Assembly: GCF_009936135.1 (NCBI RefSeq)
Contig: NZ_CP047901.1
Location: 280,984 to 344,983, forward strand
Source: Candidatus Chazhemtobacterium aquaticus
GTDB taxonomy: Bacteria; Patescibacteriota; Microgenomatia; UBA1400; Chazhemtobacteraceae
Reading direction: 5' to 3'
Length of the DNA stretch: 64,000 bases
A program made the translations under genes and the position numbers. Shown piece by piece: positions 19,901 through 31,187 of the stretch; positions within the stretch are counted from its first letter, which is position 1, and each line of letters begins with the position of its first letter. The notes under the pieces are model-generated. The model had not been told where the DNA came from. It saw only the letters and a program-made list of their open reading frames with translations, and searched no databases.

Positions 19901-20402
19901 CCGCTCTACCGGACCTTACTCTCTAGTTACCCAACAGCCTCTCGGAGGTAAAGCTCAGATGGGTGGCCAACGTCTGGGAGAAATGGAAGTCTGGGCACTT
20001 GAAGCACACAAAGCTGCTCACACTCTTCAAGAAATGCTCACCATCAAGTCCGACGACGTAGTCGGTCGCTCCCGTGCTTTTGAGGCAATTGTAAAGGGTA
20101 CTGACATCCCTGAAGCTACTTTGCCCGAATCCTTTAAGGTTCTTGTTAAAGAACTAAACAGCTTAGGACTAAGCATTATCCCCACTAATCCAATTACCAG
20201 ACCTTCCCAGGACGACTCAGATATTTCCGACAAAACTCAAGAAGAAACTATTTCTGACTCTGAATCAGTCCCCAGCCATGTCTCCGCCAATGCCACTCCG
20301 GAAGATCAGTCCGATGATTCCAATGACCAATCTGATCAACCAACTAAATCAGATGATCAAGCACCAGTAGAAGAACCTCCTACTCAAGAAAATCAACAAT
20401 AG
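16932..20402 (+). CDS. rpoB: DNA-directed RNA polymerase subunit beta, with an acidic Ser/Asp/Glu-rich C-terminal tail
   Basis: 1156 aa with conserved beta-subunit blocks throughout (e.g. [31 protein letters not shown]). The last ~75 aa (20180-20402) are D/E/S/Q-rich. Confidence 0.95.
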   Translation: MSNQQQPRKRIYWGNITPKLPELNLSQIQVNSYHWFLDQGIKLALQDLGPITDFTGDSFQLEFGDHTFGQPTHTPEECLKKGLTYAAPLRVNTILTNLETKTSKTQEVFLGDIPQITTYGTFIINGVERVVVNQLVRSPGVFFNSSLDTNTGRQLSSAEIRPIRGSWLEFNIHKNDYITVRIDRSRKLSAATFLRAIGFSSSEEISSLFKDVDTDKDHPYIAASLLKDATASTDEALLDFYQKIRPGEPAVLDNAKELLYQMFFDPRRYDLGLVGRYKINKRLSLDTPITDEHTTLTKEDIVATLRYLINLQNGHGKVDDIDHLANRRVRQIGELLYQGPFRIGLLRLERSIREKMSLAKKEEPPTAGSLVNPRPIIAAVSEFFRRNRLSAILDQVNPLAEIDNLRRLSVMGAGGVTRERASFSMRDIHASQYSRICPIRSPEGPNIGLVTYLALYTRINQYGFLEAPYFKVTPESKGGKTRMRITNEIVYLTADDEENHYITHADIARDGDYLANDWVPARYNGKFIEVDAQKIEYIDIIPRQVVGTSASLIPFLQHDDGTRALMGSHMQCQAVPLIKPDAPIIGTGMENPVAESMGWVIRARFDGEVISADSNTVTIKVDPKHIDDLKKLAQLNQSESITIKDDVETYHLKTFYRTSQSTAYTQRPLVRPGEQVKKGQIIIDGPASQNGELALGQNLVIAYANFEGLGYEDAIVVSDRLIKEDLLSSVHINEYEAQVMETKLGPEELTRDIPNVSEQDLKNLTEDGIVAIGSNVGPNDILVGKIAPKGETELTAEERLLRAIFGEKAREVRDTSLKMPHGESGTVIDVQILDRDTGDELDPGVIKQIKVKVAQLRKITVGDKVAGRHGNKGVISKVVPVADMPTLPDGTPVDIIISFLSVLARMNLGQLMEAQLGWAADKLNQNIAVPVFEKIPEDKIISLMSQAGLPVDGKIRLTDGRTGLPFEEDTAVGIGYILKLVHMVEDKTHARSTGPYSLVTQQPLGGKAQMGGQRLGEMEVWALEAHKAAHTLQEMLTIKSDDVVGRSRAFEAIVKGTDIPEATLPESFKVLVKELNSLGLSIIPTNPITRPSQDDSDISDKTQEETISDSESVPSHVSANATPEDQSDDSNDQSDQPTKSDDQAPVEEPPTQENQQ

Positions 20403-20424
20403 TTATTACCAAAACACTAAAAAC

Positions 20425-23400
20425 ATGACCAACAATCTAAAAAATCTAATGGACTTTCAAGGACTTCAAATTAAACTTGCCTCTCCAGAGGAAATCAAGT
20501 CCTGGTCACACGGTGAAGTCACCAAACCTGAAACCATTAATTACCGCACCCTCAAACCTGAAAAAGACGGTCTGTTTTGTGAGCGCATCTTTGGACCAAC
20601 TAAAGACTGGGAGTGTTATTGTGGCAAATATAAACGCATTCGTTATCGTGGCATAGTCTGCGATAAATGTGGAGTAGAAGTTACTCTCTCTCGTGTTCGT
20701 CGCGAAAGAATGGGTCACATTTCCTTAGCTGCTCCAGTTGCCCATGTCTGGTATTTCAAAGGCACCCCGTCTACCCTTTCCCTCCTTCTTAATATCTCAC
20801 CCAAAAAACTAGCCAGCGTTGTTTATTTCTCACGATATCTTGTTCTAAATGTGGACAAAGATGAAAAGCAGAATGCTCTTAAAAAACTTGAAGATGCTCG
20901 TCAAGCTCAAAAAGACCAAATTAAATCTGATGCTGATCAACAAATTGAGACCATTAAGTCAGAGGGTAAAACTCAAGTGGAAACTCTTCGTCGCTCTATC
21001 TCCAACAAAGACGAAAAAAACCTCAAGACCGAATCTGCCAAGCTCGAGACTAAAAAGAAAATTGCCGCCACTCGCGAACAGATGGTCGCCGAACAAACCG
21101 TCACTGATAATATCTACGACACCATAGAAAGTCTTGTCAAACAAATCGAAACCAACTCCGTCTTAACCGAAGACGAATATCTCAAACTTGTCGATTACGA
21201 TGCCGCGTCCTTCCTTACTGTTGGTATGGGCGCCGAAGCCTTACTTGAAGCTGTCAAAAAAGTTAACCTTGAAGAACTTGCTAATAAACTTAAAACCATC
21301 ATCAAGGATGGGTCTGTCGGTAAAAAACTAAAAGCAACCAAACGACTTAAGGTGGTCATGGGTCTGATCAATGCTTCTGTTAGTCCCGAGTGGATGATTT
21401 TCCGCCAACTACCCGTTATTCCTCCAGACCTCCGTCCCATGGTTCAGCTTTCAGGTGGACGCTTTGCCACCTCCGACCTTAACGACCTATATCGCAGGGT
21501 CATTAATCGTAACAATCGTCTAAAACACCTTTTAAGTCTAGGTGCCCCCGAAATCATATTACGAAATGAAAAAAGAATGCTTCAGGAAGCTGTTGATGCC
21601 TTAATTGATTCCCCTCAATCGCTCGCCTCTCGTCGTACTCGTCGCACCAAACCACTTAAATCTCTTTCAGAAATGTTAAAGGGTAAACAAGGTCGTTTTC
21701 GCCAAAACTTGCTCGGTAAACGTGTTGATTACTCCGGCCGCTCAGTCATTGTCGTTGGCCCAGAACTTAGTTTGAATCAGTGCGGTATTCCCAAAGACAT
21801 GGCTCTTGAAATGTTCAAGCCCTTTGTTATGAGAGAGCTTATCGCCAAAGGTCTAGCTCCCAATGTTAAATCTGCTAAAAACTTAATCGAACACCGCATT
21901 CCTGAGGTCTATGACATCTTGGAGGAAATCACCAAAAATCATCCTGTGTTACTAAACCGTGCTCCAACTCTCCACAAGCTTTCCATTCTCGCCTTTAATC
22001 CGGTCCTTATTGAAGGCTCTGCTATTCGCCTTCATCCCGCGGTTACCGACGGTTTTAACGCTGACTTTGATGGCGACCAAATGGCTGTTCACGTACCTCT
22101 AACTAAAAAAGCCCAAGAAGAAGCCAGAAACCAAATGCTTCCACAACACAATCTACTCAAACCTTCCGTTGGTAAACCTGTTGCTATCCCTGCCAAAAAA
22201 GAGATGGCCATTGGTGTTTATTACCTCACTTCTATCGAGGAAAACCAAGAAGCCAATCAAGACACCATCTATGCTGACCCCAAAGAAGTCTTGCTTGCCT
22301 ACAATATCGGACTTCTTCATCTCCGCCAACCTGTTCAATTGCGTCTCAATGGCAAAGTAATTATTACCACCCCTGGTCGAATTATTTTCAATGAGGTGGT
22401 ACCTCAAGAGTTCGGATACATCAATGAAACTATCACTAGCTCTACTATTAAATCACTCTTTGCCAGGTCAATTAAAGAACTTGGATCCGATCGAGTTGTC
22501 AAGCTAATTGATGACATCAAAGATATAGGCTTCGAGGCAGGCACCATCTCAGGTCTCTCATTCGCCATCTCCGATAACGAACTATATCAGAAGAAACAAG
22601 CCGTTATTCAGCAAGGTAATCAACAAGTTGCCCAGGTTGAACAAAACTATGCTCAGGGACTAATCACCGACCAGGAACGACGTCGTCTCAGCAATGAAGT
22701 CTGGATGCGCATCACCGATGAGCTCTCTGACCTCACCTGGGAAACCTTCCGACCTGGCAATCCTATTCGTCTCATCATTGAGACCGGAATGGGACGTATT
22801 ACCAGAGACACTATCAAACAACTTTCCGCCATGCGCGGCTTAGTTACTGACCCCTTAGGTAATATTGTCGAATTACCTATCAAAGGTAATTATCGCGAGG
22901 GTCTTTCTATCTTTGAATATGTCAACTCCATCAGAGGTTCTAGAAAAGGCCTTATCGACACCGCTCTTAAAACAGCCGACGCTGGTTATCTTACTCGCCG
23001 ACTCGTCGACGCCTCTCACGACGCCATTATTAGAGAACAAGACTGTGGCACCAAAGATGGAATCACCATCTCTACACAAGGGCCACGTGGTGATAAATTT
23101 GCCGATCGACTTGTAGGCCGCTTCACTTTAAAGAAAATCCTTCACCCCAAAACCAAGAAACAAATCCTCTCCGCCAATCAAATTATTGATGATGAAGCAG
23201 TCAAACAAATTATTGAAGCAAATATAACCGAAGTTGAAGTTCGCTCTCCTCTAACCTGCGAATCACGTTTCGGTGTCTGTGTTCATTGCTATGGTCTAAA
23301 CTTTGCCAATCTTGAAATCACTCAAATTGGTGATCCTGTTGGAATTCTAGCTGCTCAATCCATCGGCGAACCTGGCACTCAACTTACCATGAGAACCAAA

Positions 23401-24156
23401 CACACCTCTGGCTCGGTCGGTCTAGACGTGACCCAAGGTTTACCCCGTGTTACCGAACTTCTCGAGGTCAGAACACCTAAAAACCTCTCACCCATTGCCG
23501 AAGTTGCTGGTAAAGCCAAAATTCTTGAGACTGACTCTGGCTACCGTATTACTATTACTCCTACCATTGGTGGTAAGGATCAACGCCGCGAGTATCTTGT
23601 ACCCCTCACCTCAGTTCTTAATATTGAAGATGGTCAGCTCGTGCCAGCCGGTCACCCACTCGCCTCAGGCAACCTAGACGTTAAACAAGTTCTTAAGGTT
23701 AAAGGTCTCCGTGCCGCTCAAGAATATCTCGTTAATGAAGCTCAGCGAGTCTATGAATCTCAAGGTATTCCTATCAAGGACAAACACTTTGAGGTTATTG
23801 TCAAGAAAATGTCGGACAAGGTTAAAATCGAAACCCCAGGTGATACGGATCTACTGCCCGGACAGGTTGTTAGCCGAGGTCGCTTTGACGCTATCAATGA
23901 AAGTGTCATCGCCGAAGGTGGCCAGCCAGCCACAGCAGGTGTTCTAATCTTAGGTCTAATTCAATCCTCCCTTTACACCGAATCATGGCTATCATCCGCT
24001 TCCTTCCAAGACACAACCAAGGTTCTTACTCGTGCCGCTATCGAAGGGGACACTGATCCACTCCTCGGTATGAAAGAAAACGTTATCATTGGTCGTCTTA
24101 TTCCCACCAATGCCGAACGTGCCGAAATTAAAGACGGTTTGCTCGTTAACCAATAA
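20425..24156 (+). CDS. rpoC: DNA-directed RNA polymerase subunit beta', with a ~95-aa K/E-rich lineage-specific insertion
   Basis: Zn-binding [20 protein letters not shown], catalytic NADFDGD, and the conserved [22 protein letters not shown] block. The insertion (roughly 20830-21130) lies between the YFSRYLV and [10 protein letters not shown] blocks. Confidence 0.95.
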   Translation: MTNNLKNLMDFQGLQIKLASPEEIKSWSHGEVTKPETINYRTLKPEKDGLFCERIFGPTKDWECYCGKYKRIRYRGIVCDKCGVEVTLSRVRRERMGHISLAAPVAHVWYFKGTPSTLSLLLNISPKKLASVVYFSRYLVLNVDKDEKQNALKKLEDARQAQKDQIKSDADQQIETIKSEGKTQVETLRRSISNKDEKNLKTESAKLETKKKIAATREQMVAEQTVTDNIYDTIESLVKQIETNSVLTEDEYLKLVDYDAASFLTVGMGAEALLEAVKKVNLEELANKLKTIIKDGSVGKKLKATKRLKVVMGLINASVSPEWMIFRQLPVIPPDLRPMVQLSGGRFATSDLNDLYRRVINRNNRLKHLLSLGAPEIILRNEKRMLQEAVDALIDSPQSLASRRTRRTKPLKSLSEMLKGKQGRFRQNLLGKRVDYSGRSVIVVGPELSLNQCGIPKDMALEMFKPFVMRELIAKGLAPNVKSAKNLIEHRIPEVYDILEEITKNHPVLLNRAPTLHKLSILAFNPVLIEGSAIRLHPAVTDGFNADFDGDQMAVHVPLTKKAQEEARNQMLPQHNLLKPSVGKPVAIPAKKEMAIGVYYLTSIEENQEANQDTIYADPKEVLLAYNIGLLHLRQPVQLRLNGKVIITTPGRIIFNEVVPQEFGYINETITSSTIKSLFARSIKELGSDRVVKLIDDIKDIGFEAGTISGLSFAISDNELYQKKQAVIQQGNQQVAQVEQNYAQGLITDQERRRLSNEVWMRITDELSDLTWETFRPGNPIRLIIETGMGRITRDTIKQLSAMRGLVTDPLGNIVELPIKGNYREGLSIFEYVNSIRGSRKGLIDTALKTADAGYLTRRLVDASHDAIIREQDCGTKDGITISTQGPRGDKFADRLVGRFTLKKILHPKTKKQILSANQIIDDEAVKQIIEANITEVEVRSPLTCESRFGVCVHCYGLNFANLEITQIGDPVGILAAQSIGEPGTQLTMRTKHTSGSVGLDVTQGLPRVTELLEVRTPKNLSPIAEVAGKAKILETDSGYRITITPTIGGKDQRREYLVPLTSVLNIEDGQLVPAGHPLASGNLDVKQVLKVKGLRAAQEYLVNEAQRVYESQGIPIKDKHFEVIVKKMSDKVKIETPGDTDLLPGQVVSRGRFDAINESVIAEGGQPATAGVLILGLIQSSLYTESWLSSASFQDTTKVLTRAAIEGDTDPLLGMKENVIIGRLIPTNAERAEIKDGLLVNQ

Positions 24157-24175
24157 CCTGATAAAATTTGCCCCT

Positions 24176-24613
24176 ATGCCAACCATTAATCAACTTATCC
24201 GCCGACCTAGAAAGCAAAAGGCCAACAAAGTTAAAGCAGCTGCACTTAGACGCTCATATAACGCGGCCAAGAGACGTCAGGTCAAAACTACCAACCCTCA
24301 AAAAAGAGGTGTCTGTATTCAGGTCAAAACCATGACCCCCAAAAAACCTAACTCAGCTCTCCGTAAAGTAGCCCGTGTCCGCTTAAGTAACCGTCAAGAA
24401 GTAACCGCCTACATTCCCGGAGAGGGCCACAATCTTGCCGAGCACTCAATCGTCCTTGTTCGTGGAGGTCGTGTCAAAGACTTACCTGGTGTTAAGTACC
24501 ATATTGTTCGTGGTGTCTATGATTGCGCCGGCGTTGAAGGTCGTAAAAAAGCTCGCAGCAAATACGGCGCTCGTCGCGCTGGATCAAACAGTCAAACAGC
24601 CTCAGCAGAATAA
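24176..24613 (+). CDS. rpsL: 30S ribosomal protein S12 (with a short C-terminal extension)
   Basis: [13 protein letters not shown]...[18 protein letters not shown]...[32 protein letters not shown]. The true ATG is at 24176; the track ORF is extended upstream. Confidence 0.9.
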   Translation: MPTINQLIRRPRKQKANKVKAAALRRSYNAAKRRQVKTTNPQKRGVCIQVKTMTPKKPNSALRKVARVRLSNRQEVTAYIPGEGHNLAEHSIVLVRGGRVKDLPGVKYHIVRGVYDCAGVEGRKKARSKYGARRAGSNSQTASAE

Positions 24614-24616
24614 CAT

Positions 24617-25093
24617 ATGAGAACAAATAAGAACCTAAAACGTACCATCGCCCCTGACCCCGTCTACAATAACCGCCTGATAGCCAAGCTTATCAATCGA
24701 AGTATGCTAGACGGCAGAAAAACTGTCGCCTCCACCCAAGTTTACAAAGCTCTGGAAATCGTCCAGTCAAAAACTAAAAAGGACGCTCTTGAAACTTTTC
24801 GCAACGCTCTTGAAAACATCAAGCCCCAGCTCGAAGTTAGGACTCGCCGAATCGGTGGTGCCGCTTACCAAGTCCCCACTCCGGTTAAAGGTGATCGCAA
24901 AGAAACCCTAGCTATTCGCTGGTTAGTTAATGCTGCCAGGCAAAGGTCCAACTCCACCTACCACACCTATGCAGACAAGCTTGCCGCCGAAATTCTTGAT
25001 GCCCTTAACAACGAAGGTTCTGCCATCAAGAAAAAACTAGACACCCACAAAATGGCCGAAGCTAACAAGGCCTTTGCCCACTTTAGATGGTAA
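24617..25093 (+). CDS. rpsG: 30S ribosomal protein S7
   Basis: 158 aa with S7 signature blocks (RLIAKLINRSMLDGRKTVA...GGAAYQVPTPV). Follows rpsL. Confidence 0.9.
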   Translation: MRTNKNLKRTIAPDPVYNNRLIAKLINRSMLDGRKTVASTQVYKALEIVQSKTKKDALETFRNALENIKPQLEVRTRRIGGAAYQVPTPVKGDRKETLAIRWLVNAARQRSNSTYHTYADKLAAEILDALNNEGSAIKKKLDTHKMAEANKAFAHFRW

Positions 25094-25161
25094 TCCAAAT
25101 CCCATCGTTTTATACTTTTCCCAACGTTTAACGTCTCGTTTTATCAACGCTATTCTGACGC

Positions 25162-25203
25162 TCAATAAAAAAACGGCCAGTCATCTTCATATAACCGGCC
25201 GTT
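25162..25203 (-). terminator. intrinsic terminator for the antisense small ORF (also sits in the rpsG 3' region)
   Basis: Stem aacggcc (25172-25178) pairs with ggccgtt (25197-25203). On the - strand a T-tract follows (complement of plus aaaaaaa at 25165-25171). Confidence 0.4.
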
Positions 25204-25220
25204 AGCCTTTCTCCCTTCAT

Positions 25221-25373
25221 TTACTTCCTGTCGTCTTTTTCCTCCGGCTTTTGGCCAAAGTTAAGCCTCATCTCTTCTGACCAGCGGTCCGGATTGGCTC
25301 TCACCACAGCCTGCATGGTCCGGACGATCACACCAATCGGATCAGGTTTCTGATCACTCTGCTTTTGAGTCAT
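25221..25373 (-). CDS. small antisense-encoded protein (50 aa) in the rpsG-fusA spacer; function unknown
   Basis: Minus-strand ATG at 25373 is preceded by AAAGGAG with a 6-nt spacing. Translation MTQKQSDQKPDPIGVIVRTMQAVVRANPDRWSEEMRLNFGQKPEEKDDRK, TAA at 25221-25223, then a terminator 17 nt downstream. Shorter than the 60-aa ORF-track cutoff. Confidence 0.45.
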   Translation of the reverse strand: MTQKQSDQKPDPIGVIVRTMQAVVRANPDRWSEEMRLNFGQKPEEKDDRK

Positions 25374-25486
25374 CACAAACTCCTTTTCAAAGTAAACCAA
25401 CGATACCTAAATTATACCACCCCATAACTATCAAGCATTTACCACCCAGCATAGAATATGTTAAAATTAACCCCCAGTTAAGGCTT

Positions 25487-25511
25487 GCTGCCTATCCGGC
25501 AGCTTTTATTT
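25487..25511 (+). terminator. terminator-like hairpin plus U-tract ~30 nt upstream of the fusA start
   Basis: gctgcc-tatcc-ggcagc (25487-25503) followed by ttttattt. Confidence 0.35.
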
Positions 25512-25539
25512 GTCCTAATTTACATAAAAAAACCTAAAG

Positions 25540-27681
25540 ATGGCTACCAAACAAGACCAAACTCTTGATCTTAATAATATTCGTAATATCGGTATTATTG
25601 CCCATATTGACGCTGGAAAAACTACCACTACTGAGCGAATCCTTTTCTATACCGGTAAGTCCTACAAAATTGGCAACATCGACGAGGGTGATACTCAAAT
25701 GGACTGGATGGAGCAAGAAAAAGAGCGGGGTATTACCATCATGTCAGCTGCCACCACCACTTTTTGGACTGCTGCCCTTGATAAAGCACTTAATAAAAAC
25801 AAGACCCGCATCAATATTATCGATACCCCCGGCCACGTCGATTTTACTGCCGAAGTCGAACGCTCTCTAAGAGTTCTTGATGGAGGTGTCGTCATTCTCG
25901 ATGCCGGTTCAGGAGTTCAATCTCAAACAGAGACTGTCTGGCGCCAAGCTGACAAATATCACGTTCCTCGAGTGGCCTTCGTTAACAAAATGGACGTGTT
26001 AGGCGCTGATTTTCATGCCACTATCAAGGATGTTCACGAAAAACTAGGCAGTAAAACTGCCATCATGGCTCTCCCCATCGGAGCCGAGAATCAGTTTAAA
26101 GGTGTCATCCTACTTCTTGAACGCCAATCTTTAATTTGGGAAAGTGATGAAACAGGCGCCAGTTACACCGTCTCCGACAACATACCTGAAGACATGAAAG
26201 CAGAGGTTGAGGCTCATAGAGCTGCTTTAATTGAACAAATTTGTGAGCTTAATGACTCACTTCTTGAACAATATCTAGAAGGCAAAGAACCATCCATTGA
26301 AGACCTGAAGAAAGCTCTACGTCAAGCCACCATTGCCAACCAGATCGTACCCGTTTACCCCGGATCATCCTTGAGAAACAAAGGTGTTCAACCTCTTCTT
26401 GATGCAGTCGTAGATTTCCTCCCCAGCCCATTCGACGTACCTCCTGTCACTGGAATTAACCCAAACGATGAATCTCAACAGATAGTTAGAAAGCCAGACC
26501 CAGACGCCTCTGTTACTGCCTTAGCTTTCAAGATTCAGGCTGATCCCCACGTTGGACGCCTCACCTATATTCGTGTCTACTCCGGGACTATTAAGTCAGG
26601 TTCATACATATATAACTCAACCAAGAAAGAAAAAGAACGTATTGGACGTCTTCTTTTAATGCACGCCAACACTCGAGAGGAGATCAGTGAAGCTAAGGCT
26701 GGTGAAATTGTCGCCGCCGTCGGCCTTAAAGCCACGGGCACTGGTGACACCCTATGTGATGAAAACTCTGTCCTAGTTCTTGAGTCAATCTCTTTCCCAG
26801 AACCAGTCATATCACTTGCCATCGAACCTAAAACCAAAGCCGACCAAGAAAAATTGGGCTTAGCTCTTTCTCGCCTTTCTGACGAAGACCCAACTTTTCA
26901 AATTAGAACTGATCCAACCACTGGACAAACCCTGATCCGTGGTATGGGTGAGCTGCATCTGGAGATTATTGTTGACCGTCTCAAAAGAGAATTCAAAGTC
27001 GATGCAAACACCGGACAGCCTCAAGTTGCATACAAAGAAACCATTACCAAAGAATCGGAGGGTGAAGGCAAGTACATCCGTCAATCAGGTGGCCGTGGGC
27101 AATATGGTCACTGCCTGATTCGCATCCGTCCTCTTCCTCGGAGTGAGGGTCGTAAATTCCTCAACAAAATTGTCGGTGGTGCCATTCCAAGAGAATTTAT
27201 TTCCCCGGTCGAAAAAGGTGTCGCAGAAGCACAGGACAACGGCGTTATTGCCGGTTATCCTCTCACCGATGTCGAGGTCGAACTCTACGATGGTTCATAT
27301 CATGAAGTAGACTCATCCGAAGTAGCTTTCAAGATAGCTGGATCAATGGCTCTCCAAGACGCAGTCAAGAAAGCCAGTCCTGTATTACTCGAGCCTATTA
27401 TGAAAGTCGAAGTAACCACCCCTGAAGAGTTCATGGGTGACATCATTGGTGATCTATCCTCCAGGCGTGCTCAAATTCTTGGTAACGATCAACGTGGCAA
27501 TGCTAGAGTCATAACCTCATTAGTTCCACTCTCTGAGCTTGGTCGTTACGCCACCGACATTCGTTCCATGTCACAAGGACGAGCTAACTACTACATGGAG
27601 CCTCACACCTACGAAATTGTGCCAGATAATATCGCCCAAACTTTAATTAAACGTCCCGTTGGCGAATCCACAGAAAAATGA
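25540..27681 (+). CDS. fusA: elongation factor G
   Basis: [27 protein letters not shown] and G'/domain II-V blocks. 713 aa. Confidence 0.95.
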   Translation: MATKQDQTLDLNNIRNIGIIAHIDAGKTTTTERILFYTGKSYKIGNIDEGDTQMDWMEQEKERGITIMSAATTTFWTAALDKALNKNKTRINIIDTPGHVDFTAEVERSLRVLDGGVVILDAGSGVQSQTETVWRQADKYHVPRVAFVNKMDVLGADFHATIKDVHEKLGSKTAIMALPIGAENQFKGVILLLERQSLIWESDETGASYTVSDNIPEDMKAEVEAHRAALIEQICELNDSLLEQYLEGKEPSIEDLKKALRQATIANQIVPVYPGSSLRNKGVQPLLDAVVDFLPSPFDVPPVTGINPNDESQQIVRKPDPDASVTALAFKIQADPHVGRLTYIRVYSGTIKSGSYIYNSTKKEKERIGRLLLMHANTREEISEAKAGEIVAAVGLKATGTGDTLCDENSVLVLESISFPEPVISLAIEPKTKADQEKLGLALSRLSDEDPTFQIRTDPTTGQTLIRGMGELHLEIIVDRLKREFKVDANTGQPQVAYKETITKESEGEGKYIRQSGGRGQYGHCLIRIRPLPRSEGRKFLNKIVGGAIPREFISPVEKGVAEAQDNGVIAGYPLTDVEVELYDGSYHEVDSSEVAFKIAGSMALQDAVKKASPVLLEPIMKVEVTTPEEFMGDIIGDLSSRRAQILGNDQRGNARVITSLVPLSELGRYATDIRSMSQGRANYYMEPHTYEIVPDNIAQTLIKRPVGESTEK

Positions 27682-27791
27682 TAAAATACACAGTTGCAAA
27701 AGCTAAATTAGCAATTAAGTAATTAAACTAACTAGTTAGCAGAAGAAGAAAAAAATTTAGTACTTCTAACTACTAACTACTCCAAATCAAA

Positions 27792-28967
27792 ATGGCTACA
27801 TTTGATCGAAGCAAACCTCACGTTAACATTGGCACCATTGGTCATGTCGACCATGGTAAAACCACCCTTACCGCCGCTATTACCCAAACACTTTCAAAAG
27901 ATGGTCTGGCTCAAGCTATGGCCTTCGACCAAATTGACAACTCACCTGAAGAAAAACAGCGTGGTGTTACTATCAACATTTCCCACGTTGAGTATGAAAC
28001 CAAGAATCGCCATTATGCTCACATTGACGCTCCTGGTCACGCTGACTATATCAAGAACATGATTACTGGAGCTGCTCAAATGGACGGAGCCATTCTCGTT
28101 ATTGCTGCCACTGATGGTCCTATGCCTCAAACCAAAGAGCACCTTCTTTTGGCCAAGCAAGTTAATGTTCCCAAGTTGGTCGTTGCTTTAAACAAAGTTG
28201 ACGCAGTTTCTGACCCAGAACTTCTTGATCTGGTCGAAATGGAAATCAAAGAACTTCTCGCCAAATATGAATATGAAGAGGACACTCCTGTAGTTAGAGT
28301 CTCCGCCCTCAAGGCTTTAGAAGGCGACGCAGAAGCTCAAGCAGGTATTAACAAACTTATGGAAGCTGTTGACACCTGGATCCCCACCCCTGAACGTGAA
28401 CTAGACAAGCCTTTCTTAATGCCTGTTGAGGACGTTTTCTCCATCAAAGGTCGTGGCACTGTTGTTACCGGTCGTATTGAGCGTGGTCAAATCAAAATTG
28501 GCGACGAAATCGAGATCATTGGTATCAAAGATACTAAGAAAACAGTCGTTACCGGAATTGAAATGTTCCATAAACAACTTGAATCCGGTCAGGCTGGAGA
28601 CAACGCCGGCGTTCTTCTTCGCGGTGTTGAAAAAGACGACATTGAGCGAGGCCAAGTTCTTGCCAAACCAGGATCTGTTACCCCTCACGCCGAATTTGAG
28701 GCTGAAGCTATTATCCTAAGCAAAGAAGAAGGCGGTCGTCACACACCCCTATTCACTGGCTATAAACCTCAATTCTATGTCCGCACCACCGATGTTACTG
28801 GAGAGCTTACCCTTCCCGAAGGTGTTGAGATGGTCATGCCAGGAGACAGTACCAAGATGACCGTCAAGCTCATCACCCCCGTTGCTATGGAAGAGGGCTT
28901 AAGGTTTGCCATCCGCGAGGGAGGAAAAACCGTTGGTGCTGGTGTCATCACCAAGATCATTAAGTAA
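27792..28967 (+). CDS. tuf: elongation factor Tu
   Basis: [25 protein letters not shown]. 391 aa. Confidence 0.95.
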   Translation: MATFDRSKPHVNIGTIGHVDHGKTTLTAAITQTLSKDGLAQAMAFDQIDNSPEEKQRGVTINISHVEYETKNRHYAHIDAPGHADYIKNMITGAAQMDGAILVIAATDGPMPQTKEHLLLAKQVNVPKLVVALNKVDAVSDPELLDLVEMEIKELLAKYEYEEDTPVVRVSALKALEGDAEAQAGINKLMEAVDTWIPTPERELDKPFLMPVEDVFSIKGRGTVVTGRIERGQIKIGDEIEIIGIKDTKKTVVTGIEMFHKQLESGQAGDNAGVLLRGVEKDDIERGQVLAKPGSVTPHAEFEAEAIILSKEEGGRHTPLFTGYKPQFYVRTTDVTGELTLPEGVEMVMPGDSTKMTVKLITPVAMEEGLRFAIREGGKTVGAGVITKIIK

Positions 28968-29029
28968 ACAAATATTAACAAACACTTAAAGAGCGATCAT
29001 CACGATCGCTCTTAAGTCTAAATCATAAA

Positions 29030-29341
29030 GTGGCCGACAAAACTCGCATTCGTGTCCGTTTAAAATCTTTTGACCATCGTGTCATAGATGAAGCGGCCGT
29101 CAAAATCATCCAGACGGCTCTCGCCACCGGGGCTCAAGTAGTTGGTCCTGTCCCTTTACCGACCCGTAAAAAAGGTATTACCGTCAACACTAGTCCGCAC
29201 ACCGACAAAAATGCTCGTGAGCACTTCGCCATCCTCACTCACAAGCGACTCATTGATATCGTCTCACCTACTAATAAGACGATAGATTCTTTAATGCATC
29301 TCGAACTGCCGGCCGGCGTTGGTATCGAGATCAAGATGTAA
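29030..29341 (+). CDS. rpsJ: 30S ribosomal protein S10
   Basis: GTG start. [26 protein letters not shown]... is the S10 signature. Confidence 0.9.
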   Translation: MADKTRIRVRLKSFDHRVIDEAAVKIIQTALATGAQVVGPVPLPTRKKGITVNTSPHTDKNAREHFAILTHKRLIDIVSPTNKTIDSLMHLELPAGVGIEIKM

Positions 29342-29409
29342 CCTTGATGGTCAAAAACAACTGCCTATCAAAAACCATATCACGACATCAGTCATAAAAG
29401 CTGGCCATA

Positions 29410-29446
29410 GCTATACGAAAATTAACCCCGTATAGCGGGGTTTTTT
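29410..29446 (+). promoter_or_regulatory. attenuator-like element between rpsJ and rplC: two mutually exclusive hairpins, the second followed by a U-tract
   Basis: gctatac (29410-29416) pairs with gtatagc (29430-29436). ccccg (29426-29430) pairs with cgggg (29436-29440), followed by tttttt (29441-29446). Confidence 0.4.
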
Positions 29447-29508
29447 GTTAAACAAAATATATTTAAATATACAAATATTTAAGCAATCTTAAACTATATT
29501 ACATAGTC

Positions 29509-30165
29509 ATGATTACCGAAATCTACACCATCAAATCTCATATGACTCAAGCCTTCATTGACGGTAAGAGAGTTCCTGTGACCATTCTTAAGCTTCCTAC
29601 TCAAGTAGTCTCGCAAATAAAAACAGTCGACAAGGATGGATATTACTCGCTCCAGCTGTCGATAGACCAAAAGAACAAATCTCCCCAAAAGTCACTCTTA
29701 ACTCATCTTAAAAAAGCCAAGCTAACCAAACAGCCAAAATGGTTTCGTGAGATCAGACTAGACCAGGAACCCCAGCTTAAAGTAGGGGAGAGTCTTCCCA
29801 TTGATAAAATTATTGCCCCTGGAGACACCGTCTCTGTGACTGGCATCTCTATTGGTAAGGGGTTTGCGGGGGTCATGAAGCGTTTTGGCTTTGCTGGTGG
29901 CCCCAAGACCCATGGACAATCGGACAGGAGCCGCGCTCCTGGCTCTATTGGTCGTGGTACCACTCCCGGTCGCGTTCTACCTGGTAAAAAAATGCCCGGA
30001 CACCTCGGTGCCAGTACCGCTGTCACCAAAAACCTAACTGTTCTCGCAGTTGACCTTGATAAAAACCAGTTATCTGTTTCTGGGCCAGTTCCTGGAGCAA
30101 AAAAACAACTTCTTAAGCTAACCGTCACCCGCAAAGGAAAAGATACCAATCAACCTAAAGAATAA
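29509..30165 (+). CDS. rplC: 50S ribosomal protein L3
   Basis: ...KSHMTQAFIDGKRVPVTILK...GKGFAGVMKRFGFAGGPKTHGQSDRSRAPGSIG. Confidence 0.9.
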   Translation: MITEIYTIKSHMTQAFIDGKRVPVTILKLPTQVVSQIKTVDKDGYYSLQLSIDQKNKSPQKSLLTHLKKAKLTKQPKWFREIRLDQEPQLKVGESLPIDKIIAPGDTVSVTGISIGKGFAGVMKRFGFAGGPKTHGQSDRSRAPGSIGRGTTPGRVLPGKKMPGHLGASTAVTKNLTVLAVDLDKNQLSVSGPVPGAKKQLLKLTVTRKGKDTNQPKE

Positions 30166-30167
30166 TC

Positions 30168-30896
30168 ATGTCATCAGCAAATCTATACAACCATACTGGC
30201 AAAAAAGCTGCCAAACCCATCACCCTTCCTAAAGCAGTTTTTGCCGCCAAAATAAATCACCAGCTCATCGCTCAGGCGGTTCACGTCTTTCGTTCTAATC
30301 AATCACAGCACAACTCTGTAGTCCAGACCAGAGGCGATGTTTCGTTAACCACCGCCAAAGTCTATCGTCAAAAGGGTACTGGGAATGCTCGTCACGGCGC
30401 CAAATCAGCTCCCATTTTTGTTGGTGGAGGTGTTGCTCACGGCCCCAAATCAGCCAAGCCAGCTCGCAAGAAGCTCAACACTAAAATGCGTCGCCAAAGC
30501 CTTATTAGTGCCCTTACCCATCTAGCTCAGAATCAAGCAGTCTCCCTTGTTGCCGATCTAGAAAAGCTTTCGCCCAAAACCAAGGATCTCCACAGTCTTC
30601 TATCCCAAATCCTTCCTGATCCAACTACTAAGACTCTAATTCTCATCAACAAACCCTACCCCAATCTTCTCCAAGCCGCTAACAACATAAACAATCTTCA
30701 CATTACTCGTTTTAACCATACCAATATCCACCAGATAACCAGCACCCATCACCTCATCCTCGATCAGGAAGCTCTAGATCCTCTTACTCTGTGGCTGACT
30801 CATGATAAAAAGCCACTCGCCACATCAGCATCCTCAAATATATCGTCCGCCAAAAACAAATCATCAAAAACCTCTAAATCACCATCTACTAAATAA
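30168..30896 (+). CDS. rplD: 50S ribosomal protein L4 (C-terminal S/K-rich extension)
   Basis: L4 core (VYRQKGTGNARHGAKSAPIFVGGGVAHGPK), position in the operon, and an extended tail ...SSNISSAKNKSSKTSKSPSTK. Confidence 0.85.
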   Translation: MSSANLYNHTGKKAAKPITLPKAVFAAKINHQLIAQAVHVFRSNQSQHNSVVQTRGDVSLTTAKVYRQKGTGNARHGAKSAPIFVGGGVAHGPKSAKPARKKLNTKMRRQSLISALTHLAQNQAVSLVADLEKLSPKTKDLHSLLSQILPDPTTKTLILINKPYPNLLQAANNINNLHITRFNHTNIHQITSTHHLILDQEALDPLTLWLTHDKKPLATSASSNISSAKNKSSKTSKSPSTK

Positions 30897-30907
30897 ACTC
30901 TATTTAC

Positions 30908-31186
30908 ATGATAATCAAAAAACCACTTATCACTGAAAAAACTCTAAAAGAAACGGCCCTCAACCGTTACACTTTCTTAGTTGACCCACAAGCCACAAAA
31001 GGCCAAATTAAATCAGAAGTAGAGTCTCTGTTCAAGGTCAATGTGGTTGGTGTCAAAACCTCACTTTATAAGCCACGCCGTTTTCGTTCCGCTAGAACTG
31101 GCCACTACCGCCAGTCTCGATCCTACAAAAAGGCTATTGTTGAGCTAAAACCCAAGCAATCTATTAAATACTTCGAAACAAAATAA
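30908..31186 (+). CDS. rplW: 50S ribosomal protein L23
   Basis: 92 aa, KYTFLVDPQATKGQIKSEVESLFKVNV. Operon position. Confidence 0.85.
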   Translation: MIIKKPLITEKTLKETALNRYTFLVDPQATKGQIKSEVESLFKVNVVGVKTSLYKPRRFRSARTGHYRQSRSYKKAIVELKPKQSIKYFETK

Positions 31187-31187
31187 T

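Noticed and set aside
27682-27791. fusA-tuf spacer with taactac direct repeats and an agttag/ctaact inverted repeat
   Set aside because: Short AT-rich motifs of low information content. No convincing hairpin, terminator or promoter could be defined.
29703-30149. 148-aa minus-strand ORF antisense to rplC
   Set aside because: Fully embedded antisense to a highly conserved L3 gene. Composition reflects the complementary strand of the rplC coding sequence. No start context.
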